Source: Vicugna vicugna (taxonomy: Eukaryota). Taken from it: a stretch of 64,000 bases of DNA. How positions within the stretch are numbered: position 1 is the first letter of the stretch; each line of letters starts with the position of its first letter. The translations under genes and the position numbers were made by a program. Positions 38,621 through 52,250 of this stretch are shown in pieces. The notes below the pieces were generated by a model. The model searched no databases. It was not told the DNA's origin and worked only from the letters and a program-made list of their open reading frames with translations. Location: the NCBI GenBank assembly GCA_013265495.1, contig MU058221.1:3038001-3102000 (forward strand). Reading direction: 5' to 3'.

Positions 38621-41600
38621 TGGTATGACCAATATCCGATCAAAATCTGTTCTCCGAAAAGGATCAAATTAAAAACTGTTTTCCATTAATGAATTTTTTT
38701 TTAACTTCCTGCCACTGTACTGTTCGCAAGTGCTAGATACACTTTTGTGAATACGACCAATGGAACACAGTGCGAAGTGTTTGGGTCTGAGGGAACTTTG
38801 CGTTTCAACAGGGACTGGAGAGAGGCCTAAGTGAAAACAGTGCTACTCTGCCGGCAGGCCCTCTGGCATGTGCGTAGTTTTTCCTTCTCTATTTGCCCTG
38901 TATTCACGTCACACGGGCTCCCATATGTCCTGCTCTTTCTACCGTGATGTTTCATTCACCCCTCCTTCTCCCGTCTCCGCCCGTCAGCAGTGCCCACCCA
39001 GTGACCCCAAGCCCTCGGGCCTGCCCGAGATAGAGGACGTCAGAGCATGAAGGATGAGAACTGAAAACCAGACGGAAGGGGAGAGTGGCGGTGGCACTGA
39101 ATTTTGTCTTCCCCAAAGTCTTTTGCTTTTTTGTTTTGTTGGACTGCGTGTTTTTCCACCAGCATAGTCAAGATCAAAACTCATGATCAAAACTCAATTT
39201 TGTAGAAAATTCAGAGATTCGTGTTGATTAAGTTAATTTTTGATCCTGTGTTCTTCTGGTTTTCCTATAGCTATTATTTTCTTATACTCTCCTTTCTGAC
39301 CTCTTATTTCTCTTTAGATTGTGGTTTTCTCCCATGCGCCCTCCACAGTCATCTCACTATTTACTCTCGGTTCTCTCCCAGGACAATTCTGTGCAGTCAC
39401 TGGACGTTAACAATGAGCTGTCCGCTGACCAGTCACAATCCTCTATTTCAAAAGCTGACCGAGGCTATAGGCACAAGTCTAATCATCGGACCATTTGCTT
39501 AGTGACACCTCAAATAAGATACCTGCAAAATGAGCTTGATCTCATTTTTCCTGCCCAGTTTTTAAAATTGGTAATACGTATCCAGAAACATTACAGTCAT
39601 CTTTAATTCCTCTTAGATGATTTTTAATCATTGTCATTTTAAAAAGCAACTATTTTCAAAGGCTTCTGAAGCTTATTTTAATTCATGATCTTCCTCCATT
39701 GACAGAAGATGCAATTATTTTGATAAATGACACTACTGTTCAAATTGTTTACTGTAACCCTGCTCAGGACACCAGTGTGCTCAGAGATTACGTTTCCTCA
39801 TTCTCCTAGCGTCAGCCTCGGTCATCAGGTTTGATGTACGCCGCTTAATGAGCCCAAGTCTGAAAGGCTGTTCTGAGGACAGCCTTCCTCTCTTTCCCTC
39901 TGACATGACACAGGTGCACACAAAGCAGAGCACATCCACACGGAGAGAAGAAGGTAAGGAGCCGAGTCCTAGGTGGACTAGCATGGTCAAAGATAGGAGC
40001 AGACACCAAACCTTTACTTTTGTAAAACACTGAGATTTCGTTGTACTCATTACAAGCGGCGTTTCGTAGCTCATTCTTGAGATCATGTATTCCTCGGGAT
40101 GAAGTCAAAACAGCCCTTTCAGCTAGTTTGTCCATCGGTTAAAAGGAATGAGCCCAAACATGGCACACTCGTCCTCGTGCTATTTAGATACTTGTGATTT
40201 TTGGAGGGAACGCCACAAAGAAGTTAAGAGGATGGGGGATTTAGAAAGCTGTGGGAACTTCATCCGAGTATCTTTGTACCATGAGTTGCATGAAATGAAA
40301 AACGAAGCCAATGAACAATATCCTCCCGAAAGGTGACTGTGACGATGGAATAAAATTAATTATATAAAATGTTGATCAGAATTCCTGACAACTGCTAAGT
40401 GCCTCATGCGGTTTAGCTGAGGAAGGGGACCCCGGACGGTGGGAGGGTGTGAGGTCAGTAACACGTCGCTCATTCTCAGAACGATCAAGGGCTGAGCCTG
40501 ACACCTGCTCTCCGCCTCTTTGCCCGCATTGCACTAAAATCATATCTCATTTACTTTTCAAGAAAAAATTAAAACATCGGCCATGAGAATCTTAATCCTC
40601 CTTGGAGTAGAAGTGTCTCCCACTGGCTTGTGAGGGTACCGGCACCTCGCGCAGCCTCCCGCGTTGCCAGGGAGAAAGACAGCACTGGACAGTCTCTGAA
40701 CCATCCCTTCCCACTTTCACTGATGACGGAAACATTTCACTAAAGACAAAATTTCTCTTTCATTCACTTATTCGAAACTTGCCCTAGGGAAGGCTCAACC
40801 TTTCCAAGTCATTATAAGTACGGAAAGAATTTGAGTAATATTGCTATTCGTTTAAGAATAATATTTCGGTTAGTCACTAACACGCTTGTTTTCCATAGTT
40901 TGGAGTTTAGCCGATCAGTGTACTGACGCACTGATGGACTTTCAGAAAGTAGAAAAGAGTGTCCCTCTTCACTTACTGCGACTGGCTCCTCTGTTTCGAG
41001 TTTTCAGGCCCGACGCTAGCTCTTCATTTGATTCACGGTGTGCTCTGGAGATGGTTCGGAGAGGCAGCCGGGCTCGTTAATATCTTGCCTTGCCACGGTG
41101 ACAACGATTCTGCAACACCACAGTTTCGCATGAAGGATGGGTTTTAAATATGTATGGAGCGAGCTGCTGCTTGATGGATCACAGCAACGGCCCCTTCAAT
41201 GAGAAAACCATCCCATCCCGAAGCCAGACATCCCTGCACAGGTGACACTCCAGGACTCTGCTGTCAATACGCTTTTACTTAAAATAAAACTTGACTGATA
41301 ACCAGAACGCTCTAGCGTGAGAGGTGGAGTCATGCCCTCTGCTAAACTGTGATGCTGGTGAGGATTCAGCTCGAGAAAATCTTTCTCTTCTTTCTGCCCA
41401 GTGCTGATGGATAGAAGCAGCCAAATTTGTACCACATGGCAAATGACCGAGGCTAGCGACATTTGTTCTTCAGTATCATTTCACTCACACACCCCCCCCA
41501 CCCCCCAAACCTGACTAAGGTGAGATAGGATATCTTAACAAAAAGAATGCATCGGTCTCTAGTATGGCTGAGGGCTGGAATTTTTTTTTAGGAGAGAAGA

Positions 41601-41697
41601 ATGTGAATAAATTACTTCCACCTCCCCAGGGGCTCATAACTCCACTTTCCTGGGTCTTACGACTCTCCCTCCGCTGCAATTTTTTTTTTTTGAGCCC

Positions 41698-42110
41698 TGT
41701 AATGAGTTGCCCAAAGATATGTTGAAGTCCTAACCACCAGTACCTCAAAATGCGACCTTACTTGGAAATTGTGCCATTGCAGATTTAAGTAATGAAGGTC
41801 ATCCTGGAGTGCAGTGGGCACAATCCAGCAGAACGGGTGTTCTCAAAGAAGGAAAGAGAGACAATGTGAGAAGAGGACCCTGTGAAGACACAGGCCGAGA
41901 TGAAACTATGCTGCCACAAGCCACAGAACGCCTGGGGCCGCCAGAAACCAGAGAAGTCAGAGAAGGATCACGTCTTAGAGGCTTCAGAGACAGCATGGCC
42001 CAGCAGACATCTGGATTTTGGAATTTCAGCCTCCAGAGCGATGAGAGAATAAATTTCTATTTTTTTTTTAAAAGTCACCTAGTTTGTGGTACTCTGTTAT
42101 GGAAGCCCTA
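41698..42110. mobile_element. MLT1B/C-like MaLR LTR
   Basis: aaagatatgttgaagtcctaacc-ccagtacctca-aatg-gacctta-ttggaaat...aataaatttct...agtttgtggtact-tgttatgg-agcccta. Confidence 0.8.
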
Positions 42111-42111
42111 C

Positions 42112-42685
42112 TGAGACAGAGGGCAGGGGGCAGGGCACAACCACTCAAAGAATGACACAGCCATTAGCACCAAGATGGTGGAAGACCCAACTCCCGGGAG
42201 ACCTTGCGCTTCATTATACGCTCACTGTAACACAGTAGCATGCTAGATGGCTGTCCCACTGATGCCATGATGGCTGTGAGGCTGACCATAAAAAAATCAA
42301 AAAGTGGGTGATGGCCCAACTCCTGGGCATCCCAGCCCCTTCCCCAAAGTAGTTGGAACAATCCTCCCACTCGTTAGCATACGAAGTTGCTGCGCCCATA
42401 AAAACTAACAGCCCCACGCAGCGGGGCTGATCTCACTTTCCAGATGACCTCAAGCTGAGGCCGTCTCCTCTCACCTCTCGTGCTGTCTCTCTCTCACCTT
42501 CAGAGATGGCCTGTACTCCATACAGTGTGCATCTCCCTGAGTAAATCTGCCTTCGCTCAACTATGGCTCACGCTTGAATTTTCCTGCGTGAAGCCAAGGA
42601 CCCTCACTTGGCAGGGCACGTCCCAGGGACTCAACCATGACCTGGAACACAGCCACCCCACCTTGGGCCTCATTCTCCTGTATCA
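42112..42685 (+). mobile_element. ERV1-type solo LTR, family A, copy 4, inserted at the MLT1 end
   Basis: TGAGACAG...CCTGTATCA. Flanks ctac/atac. Homologous to 31629-32239. Confidence 0.85.
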
Positions 42686-42699
42686 ATACTACATTAAAT

Positions 42700-43545
42700 A
42701 AAACTTTTGGTAAGGGTCCTATTCATGTTTGTAAAGTTCCAGGTCTTATTTTTAAGTCTTTAATGCATTTTAAGTAGCTTTTTGTTTACGATGTTAGGTA
42801 AAAATTCAATTTCATGCCTGTGTATATAATTTAACAGTTTTCTTACCACCATATGTTAAGAAGACTGTCCTCCCCCCCACTGAATATCCTTGGCTACCTT
42901 GTCAAAGACTACGTGACTGCACACTCCTGGGTTTGTGTCTGGGCGCTCTGTCCTGTTCCATTGGTCTTTACACCAGTATCATACTGCTCTGATTACTATA
43001 GCTTAGCAATATGTTTTGAAGTCAGGAATATAACTGTATTCTTCTGTCTCAAAACCTTTTTGGCTGTTCAGAACCTTTTGTGGTTCCCTATGAATTTTAG
43101 GATTTTTTTTTCTATTTCTACAAAAAATATCATTGAAATTTTGATAGGGACTGTATTTAATCTGTAGATAGCTTTGGGTACTACAGACATTTTAACAATA
43201 TTAATCTTCCCATCAATGAACGCAAGATCTCTTTCCATTTATTTGTACCTTTTAAATTTTGTCTTAGTCATGATTTGTAGTTTTCAGCCAACAGATCTTC
43301 CACTTCCTTGGTTAAGTCTGTTCCTAAGTATTTTATGCCTTTTGATGCCATTATGAATGGGACTGTGTTCTTAATTTCCTTTTCAGATTGTTCATTGTTA
43401 ACGTACAGTGACACAACTCATTTTGTATGTTGATTTGTATCCTGCAAGTTTTCCGAATTTGTTTATTAGTTCTAATAGATTCATGTGTGTTTATATGTGT
43501 CACCTTTAAGATTTCCTACATATATCATGTCATCCTCAGAGATCA
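42700..43545 (-). mobile_element. L1 ORF2 fragment
   Basis: Reverse L1 ORF2 motifs (ttgatagggactgtatttaatctgtagatagctttgggta...attttaacaatattaatcttccc). Confidence 0.8.
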
Positions 43546-44468
43546 TTTTACATCTTCATTTTTAACGTAGGTCCATCAGTTGTAGCAAAGGTACCACTCC
43601 GCTGAGAGACGTTGCTGATGGTGTCGGTTATGCGTGTGTGGGAGCAGGGGTATGTGAAAATTCTCGGTACCTTCGTTTTGCTCTGGACCAAGACTGCTTT
43701 TAAAAAATAAAGTTTTAATTTTAAACACAAAACAAACTACGTTTAAAAAAAACACTTCTATTCTGATGGAAAATATTACAAAGTGATGACAAAACGTCAG
43801 AGTGGCTACCAAGAAGGCTCTTTCATACACAGTGAATAGCAGTAGATTCATATTTTTATTCTTGGAAAATTAATCTTTTGAGGGAAGAAGAGGTGAATAG
43901 GCAAATCATCTTACTGTTCAGTCCACACTTGCCTGCTTCTCTCAGACACAATCATCACCCTTGGCTGGAGAATACAAGTCAATGAAGCCCTGAAGCTAGT
44001 TTCTTAGAGCTGGTTTTTGTAAATAATGCCGATTTGCCACCTTAGCCTGGGAGCCAGAGAGCCAGAGATGGGAGAGGAATAGAGAAGATCTCCCCACTTA
44101 TAATTAGTCACTCCTTTTAGAAGTCTCCAGAAGTCTTCAGAAACAATGCAAGGACACTTCAGAGCATGGCCTGCTTGGAACAGGTGCTTGGAAACTACAT
44201 GAAACTTTGACCATGATTATCCTAAAATTGACCTATTTGCAAACCTAATAGGCTGCCACTTCCCTAGACCCAGAACAATCCAAATTCTGATACATTCACA
44301 GAAAGATGTGGTTGGGCTCACCCAAAGTATAGCCATAGTATTTCCTGAACAATACTCTATGTCAGCAACAGCCTTGACTCCCCATGGTAGGAGCTACCGC
44401 AACACCAGCCAAGTTGAAAATTAAAGTGTTCCATTAAGAAATCCCATTGGGTTGAGGGACTGTGGCTT

Positions 44469-45310
44469 TGATGACCACCGCAGCAAAATGTGGTCTGGAT
44501 TAAGTGAAGGTGAGTTAATTCCTCCATTTTTCCAGAAAACTATATGAGTTGTCAATTCAAATCTACTGATATGCGCAGAAGCAATATATTTAATGCATTT
44601 ACTGGTGACATACTGATTACCTAGTAATCATGTAATATATGCAGTTGATTTGAATTAATTTTTAAATAAACATTCTAATCTTCGAAATAAGAGTACACGT
44701 ATTTTTTTGGTGACTAGTTATGTGCTAAAGACCGTAATAGGTAATTTCACAACCTGTCACTTAATTCCTCAAGATAGGTGTGTTTACTCACGTTTCCCAT
44801 TCCCCTGGGGGAGCATTCTGAAGGTAAGAGAGCTCAGGGATTTTTTTTTTTTTTTTTTTTTTTTACTTTAAAGCTCCACCCCCCGAAGAAACGCTCCTTA
44901 AAACAACCTACCAGAAGCCCATGATGACCACCGCAGCAAAATGTGGTCTGGATTAAGTGAAGGTGAGTTAATTCCTCCATTTTTCCAGAAAACTATATGA
45001 GTTGTCAATTCAAATCTACTGATATGCGCAGAAGCAATATATTTAATGCATTTACTGGTGACATACTGATTACCTAGTAATCATGTAATATATGCAGTTG
45101 ATTTGAATTAATTTTTAAATAAACATTCTAATCTTCGAAATAAGAGTACACGTATTTTTTTGGTGACTAGTTATGTGCTAAAGACCGTAATAGGTAATTT
45201 CACAACCTGTCACTTAATTCCTCAAGATAGGTGTGTTTACTCACGTTTCCCATTCCCCTGGGGGAGCATTCTGAAGGTAAGAGAGCTCAGGGATTTTTTT
45301 TTTTTTTTTT
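44469..45310. repeat. 372-bp tandem direct duplication (probable assembly artefact)
   Basis: 44469-44840 reads identical to 44922-45293. Each copy is followed by a T-run (24 and 17 nt). Confidence 0.9.
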
Positions 45311-46689
45311 GCATAGCTATCACACGCCACAGCCAGATGAAACGCTACTTAACACAACCTAACCGTAGCTGCACGGAAATGCAAGTGTACAGGTGAGAGA
45401 CTCCTGAGAGACGACGTGGTCAAACTTTCTGTAAACACAGCAGTGCTGAAGCACAGACCTTCAAACCTTCCTGAGAGCAGAATTCACTGCCTCACGGTGT
45501 GATTTCCATCGCTGGGTGGCTGCACATTATAGAAACGCCTTATGTGTACCACACGGAAATGGCTCCCTAAAGCTTTCACCAAATCAGTCTGACGTCTGTC
45601 CTTCAGAACTGCATACAAAACTTAAAAATCTCCTTCCACAGTGGCCCCATGCTTCTTGTAACTGAAGTTAAAATCATAATCTCCCTCACTAAGACTCATC
45701 TCCCCGGTGGACTCAGCTGTAGTAATTATTCCTCATTTAAAGGATTTTAATTTCTTCTACAAATATTATTGCTGCTATCTAAATACACTTACCTTGAAAC
45801 ATGCAATATTAATTATGATATTGCATAGTTGACTATGTAAATGTAGTTGGCTGTATGTGTGTATCTATTCAACTATCTATACGTACAGATCATCAAGGCA
45901 TGCTAAACATGTTGTGCTATGACCTTGGTAGTTGTCCGTCACCTCCGTCATTCTGGGTTACATAACCCAACTGTGCCGTTTTCATTTTGTTCACTTTTCT
46001 CTGCAAGTCCTTTGAGATGATTTTGAGTAGTTCGTGTCATCCAGGAACTAATTCTCCGCCTCCCTGTTTGAACACAACTGGTACATCATAATCTCTGTGG
46101 CATATACTCTTATCTCAGGCATTTCATTGCAACTGGTAACTTTCATAAAATTTGAGACATTTACTTTAACATTACAATGAGTCAAAGTTTTACCTAATGT
46201 AACTAATTTACACTCCAGTGGTCTTTATTAAATAAGAAAGAAAACATGAAATGGCTCGTAATTTTTGAGCAATGAAAATGACTATATTGTCAAATATCAT
46301 GACTATATTGTCAAATATCATGTGTGTCTTGATTAAAAATAGGTAGATGATGATGATGATGAAGATAGCTTGATAGAAATAATGAAAGAACAAAAGAACA
46401 AAAGAACGAATGAAAGAAAGAAAATTCACAAATAATATGTGATAATGATTGGCAAGTTTCAATTTTCCAAAATAAAGATAGAAATTGTTTTATGTGCTTA
46501 GTTTTGTGAATGTGTGTGAAATTTCCTAGATTCTGTAGCCAGAATAAAAACTGCTGAGTTATAGTGTTTTTTTTTCAAGTTTGCTGATTATTGACAAAAT
46601 ATTTTTCAAATTGGTTATAGAAATGTGTACATTATCAGCACTGTATTAGAATTCTCCTAGCTCCACATTCGTTGTCTTGTTTCTTACTT

Positions 46690-47135
46690 TTTCCCCCAGT
46701 TTTATTGAGATGTAATTGATGTAAAACACTGTATTAGCTTTAGGTGCCCCACATGATGATTTGATATATGTATATATTATGAAATTATTCAAACAAGCTT
46801 CATTAACATCTATCACCTAACAGTTCCACGTTTTCTTCTTGTGATGAGAAATTTTAAGATTATTATCTGACTTTCAAATATACAATACAGTATTGCTGAC
46901 TATAGTCACCGTGCTACACACCACATCCTGCAGCTTATTTATCTTACCGGAAGTCTGCACAATTTGACCCATTTCCCCTGGTGCCCAAACCCCCAACTCT
47001 GGCAAACATTTATCTGTTCCCTGCTTCTCTGAGTTAGGATTTTTTATATTCCATATGCACATGAGATCATAAAGTATTTGTCCTCACTGTCTGAGTTATT
47101 TCACTTAGCATAATGACCTCAAGGCTCAAGGTCCA
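46690..47135 (-). mobile_element. L1MA/MB-like 3' end
   Basis: cagttttattgagatgtaattga...tttcaaatatacaatacagtattgctgactatagtcacc...ttatttcacttagcataatg. Confidence 0.8.
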
Positions 47136-47152
47136 CATCTGTTACACGCCCC

Positions 47153-47191
47153 CTACACACACACCTCTCTCTCTCTCCCTATATATATATC

Positions 47192-47222
<31 letters not shown>

Positions 47223-47234
47223 GTAGACAGATAG
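47153..47234. repeat. Compound CA/CT/TA/GATA microsatellite
   Basis: Directly visible. About 7 perfect GATA units plus variants. Confidence 0.9.
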
Positions 47235-48153
47235 AATCATAGAATCCTGCAACTGTCATTTCCTACTTTTTATGGCTGCATTCAAGCCACATCCTAGCTG
47301 TCAAAGCTCCAAGCTGACACTCTCACACAGCAATGCCCGAAAGTTACAGGAAAGGCCAGGGTGACTGCTCACACTGAGCCCTTCATCATGGCGTAAATCA
47401 GGCCCAGGAGCTCCCAGCTGCCTTCCCTCTCTGTCCTGTGGCTACATGCAGACTCCTCTCACTCACTGTCCAGGATGAGCTACGATTTATCATAAGGCTG
47501 CCTTACCTGAGCACGATGCTAAACGGTATTAGAACAAAACCAAGCTCCTCTTACCAGTGAAAAGGAGGAAACATTTTTTGGTAGGAAGTCAGAAGTTTCT
47601 GTCATATGGAGTTTCATGTTTTCAAGTCAAATATAAGGAAAATGTAGCACATTTACTGAAAAGAGTGATTATTTAGGTTTGTTCTTATTTCAGTTCACCA
47701 ATAGAGCTTTTTTTTAATTTAAAAAAAATCAATGATTACTTTCTATCTTTCAATTTCTGAGATTTAAGCTGATTTTTAAAGGCATTTGCTCCTAATTAGT
47801 AACATAACAATCTGTTTTTCCCTCCACAGTTATATTGTCAACATAAAATGGTACTATTTCTGAGTCACTTCGTAAAAATTTTAGGGGAAAAAAACCAGTA
47901 TCAGAGAAAAGTGATGGATTCCCCAGAACAGCCTACACTGTAGGAATCCCAATAAACAAAATATATCTACATATTAATGAAACTTAATTTTCCACAGATA
48001 AAGCAGAATTCATCTATACAAAGACGACTTTTTAACGTCAAAACTAAGACATATAATTTACAAAACAAACATACAATTTAATGTATTAGGATGATATTAT
48101 GCAAATCTCTCCCTGGATTTCTATTTAGAGACTGTCTTTAGATTCTATGTCAC

Positions 48154-48414
48154 TTTTTTTCTTTTTTTTTTTAACATTTTTCTATTGAGTTATAGTCATT
48201 TTACGATGTTGTGTCAATTTCCAGTGTAGAGCACAGTTTTTTAGTTATACGTGAACATACATATATTCATTGTCACATTCTTTTTCTCTGTGAGCTACCA
48301 CAAGATCTTGTATATATTTCCCTGTGCTACACAGTATAATCCTGTTTATCTATTCTGCACATGCCTGTCAGTATCTACAGATTCTGAACTCCCTGTCTGT
48401 CCCTTCCCACCCCC
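48154..48414 (-). mobile_element. 5'-truncated young L1 3' end
   Basis: Homologous to 1007-1243 (aacatttt...tcattttac-atgttgtgtcaa-ttccagtgt-agcaca). Imperfect TSD tgtcacttttt / tgtgattttt. Confidence 0.85.
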
Positions 48415-51400
48415 TGTGATTTTTCTTTTCTTTTTTTCTTTTTGGTAGGAGGAGAGGAGATGAACTAGTTCTTGGGACCAGGGTTTAATTGATTCCCATG
48501 GTTCCAAATAATTTCTACGCGGAGTAGCTATTTACAGACTACTCTTGTTACTAAGGATTTAGGGGTCAAGAGTAAGTTTTGATTTAAAAAAATGTGTGAC
48601 CTCTGTCTTTGTTGTCTAAACTACTCCACATACAGTTTCATAAGAGAAGTTCCAGGAAATTTTTGAGCAATAGTATCATTATTGCAACAAATACGTAGAC
48701 TTATAAAGTGAAACATTTATTCAAATCTATTTGTTTTGCTCTCACTGTTGTTAATCTGTGTAGTATCTTTTATACGTCCAACAACGTATACATATTTTAA
48801 ATGCCTGGGATGTTTTTGTATCAATAACTTAGTCATCTGAATTCAAGGTTGATAAGTAATCCTCAAATACCCACTGATCTTTCGCGCTACTGTCACTTGC
48901 CTGACAACTGGAGTCAATCCAGTGTTGTCTTTCTGATGAGCCTGGCAATCCGAGGACGTGAACTATGAGACGGACAATTTCCCAGAATATCCTTTCTGGC
49001 TTCAGACAATAGGAATCTTGGAATGTGCTGAGCTTGCAAAACAGGTAACCCAAATAGGAAACGGGTAAGATTTCTAACTTAAATTGGCCATTATAGGAAA
49101 TGAACAAAAGCAGCTTCCATTTCCTGAATAAGGAGTGATTTGTTCCTTTCTCTGGATTGGCTGGCAATCAATACAAAAGGAGGGAAAGAGACGCTGACAG
49201 CAACCGTCTGCCTACGAAAAGCAACACTTGCGAGCCTGGTGTAAGACACTGCAACTGTGGCATCTGGGAAAGAAAGAAGTTGCTTTTCTCACATGACTGA
49301 AAGTCTATCTCCGCACAGTTAAGCCTTGTATTCTCTTATTCCTAGGAGGTAACTTGTACATTGGGGTGAGGTCTACATTGTGTAAATCAAAATGGAAAAT
49401 GGAAAAAAAACAGTTAAATGGAGACTTGGAGACAGGGTGGATTTCCTGTTTCCTATTTACTTTTGTCAATGTGTACACAGCTGCAAAGCGCAGACACACA
49501 CATGCACACACATATACACATCTGCACACCCACTGTCTAATGGGCAGAATAATTCTCTAATTTACCCACATGGTTTACCTGGTTTGAATTCCTCTTCTTT
49601 CTGTCTGTATCAATCATGCCATTTCTTCTGCTGCTTTAATTACATCTTATCGTATGAACTCTGTATTTGCCTCTTTGTATTTCTACTCTCATTACCCACA
49701 ATTAAAAGTTTAATTGCATCTTGTATTATACAGTTTGCTACCATTTTTTTATAAAGGTTATGCTTCTCTTCTGCATTAAACTATAAATGAACTGTGCAAA
49801 AGGAACACATTTTAATTTCTTAGAATCTTCCACATTGCTCTGCACACAGTGCGATTCAAGAATAATTGTGAGTTGCATGAGTTAAAGTGCATCCCTCAGT
49901 GCTGAGCACACTGAAAATGTGTAAGTGAACATACCTAGATTCATCTCTTGTCATCATAGACCAACCGCTTTTTTCTAGGTTGATCAAACATATATATTAA
50001 ACATATATATACAGTTACGTACACAGTGAAAGGCACAATTTAAGAGCTTGGTTATAAAGTCAGTGTAAAGATTTAAGTCATTCATACTCAATAGTTCCCT
50101 TACAAGTCTTTTAAACCACTCCAAAAGGACAAAGAAAAATTATTTTTATTATATCTCACTAAACAAAAATTATTATTCTCTCTCTCCCCCATATATATAT
50201 ATACCACACACACACACTCTCATATATGTGTATTGGCATTTTGATGATTTCGCATTTAAGATAACTAACACATTCCTGCAAAGAATGGGATTTAGATTAT
50301 TGTTGGCCATTCTAAACCATTTAAAAATATTTGCACCTCTTGGCAAGTGATGGAAATGCTAGCTATCTTGATTGTGTGGTGGTTTCATTGGTGTGTACAT
50401 CTATCAAAATTCATCATATTGCTCAGCTGAAATATGTGTACTTTACTGTACAGGAATCATACCACACTAAAGGTGTTAAAATATTTGTGCGTTTAGTGTT
50501 TACTTAATTCTGTGTTCATATTAATCCTCAAACTCTGAACATGTATAGTAGATTTTTTTCCTTTATAGGCATTAAATGAGATAGTATGGTTGTGGCTCAT
50601 CTGTGGATTTTAGGTATTCACTTATAGATTGCATGTTCATTACAGAATGCACATTCACCATTCATTAACCCGGTGCCTACTGTGCACGGGTGGTATTCTA
50701 GACAGTGTAAACAAGAAGGTAGCATTGATCAAAGCAGACAAGTTTTTCCCTCCCCTAAAACTTGAGAGACAAAAAATAAACATACAGAGCAAGCACGTAT
50801 CAAACAGTGCTGATGCTACAAATAACATTCTCTTGGGTGCTGTTTAGACTGAGTCGTACAGTGAGTCAGTGTAAAGGTCCTCATGCAGACAGCAGCCAGT
50901 GCTGTTGCCTGAGGAGGAGGCAAGCTCTAGGGTGGCACTTGGGGAGGGAAGCAGAGAGTGGTTCTCGATGTGATCAAAGAGGTGGGCTGATCGCCTAGGC
51001 CCTAGAAGACAAAACAGAATTTGAATGTTATTTCAAATTCCAACAGAAGCCATTGGGGTTTCCAATAGGGAAGTGACACTGTCAGTGGCCTTGAGATGAG
51101 TTAAGGCCGTGGGACCCAAGGCCACGATCAGAGCATGTTTGTAGTATGCAGTAAATAATGACTTAAATAAGTAAATAAATAAAGTAAATAAATCAATTAT
51201 GTAAGATTTAGAAGAAAGAAAACAGAAGGACTCATGCGATGGAGACATTCTGTAAGCCTCATGAACAAAGAAGACTGCACTGCGCATGCGTAAGCAGAGG
51301 ACAGATTAAAAAGCAGGCCAGGCGCATCATAGGCGCACACCTGCCTGTGGCAACAGAATAAAGTGTTGTTAACCCCATGGTGTCGCCTGCTGACGTCTGT

Positions 51401-52019
51401 CCGGCAACTCCTCGTGCATTTTTTCATTTGGGCCGCTCACCTCCTAGAACTCCATGTCAGCCCCCCTCGGCTGACAGACATGATAAGAGTTCTATCTGAG
51501 CCAAGATTACTCAGTCAGGCTGCTGTGCGGCAAATGCATTGCAGGGGAATAAAAGTGGAATCAGGACAACTAGCTAGGAAGCTCCTGAAGAATTTCAGTC
51601 AAGAGATGGTCTGGAATAACACAGCAAGTTGGAGGTGGAAATGGAGAGGAGTGGATAGAGTCCGATTATACTTTTGGTATTAATCGTAGAGGGAGTGTGA
51701 TAATTACGGTGTGAATATACAGAATGTGCATGTGCTTTACTTTTTATTCCCACCATCACTGCATGCACACAGCCCAGCTTACCATCCAGAGCTTAACAGA
51801 ACAGCAGACAGATGGCCTGGATATTAGAGAAATTGTTCAAACCTTCTGTGCTTCAGTGTTCTCATCTGTTATGGGAAATGATAATATCACATAATACAAA
51901 GATATGATGGCAGGGTTAATATATATACAGTGCTAACAACACTGACCAGTACTAGTAAAAGCTACATAATATGATGAAGATAATAGCTATTTTTGAGTGT
52001 CTGCTTTGCAGCCTCAATA

Positions 52020-52250
52020 AGATTTAATGGAAAGAAGGATGAGTTTGGAACTGAAAAAACCTGTACCTGAATTTCTGCTCCACAAAGCACCATTTCTTTT
52101 TGACTCTGGATATATTGCTAAATTTCTCTGAGCTGTTTCCTCACCTATAAAAAAGAGATAAATCCCGTATCCCAAGAGTAAGGTAAGGACGAAATGAGAT
52201 GTTTGTAAATCACGCAACGCTGATCGGCATGGTCAAGAGACTTAAATACG
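52020..52250 (+). mobile_element. MIR SINE relic
   Basis: ctctgagctgtttcctcacctataaaa...aggacgaaatgagatgtttgtaaatcac. Confidence 0.5.

Noticed and set aside
23141..49044. Exon-like + strand blocks at 23141-23204, 44447-44509 and 48941-49044
   Set aside because: Donors are plausible but acceptors are weak, the peptides are unrecognised and they do not form a coherent gene.
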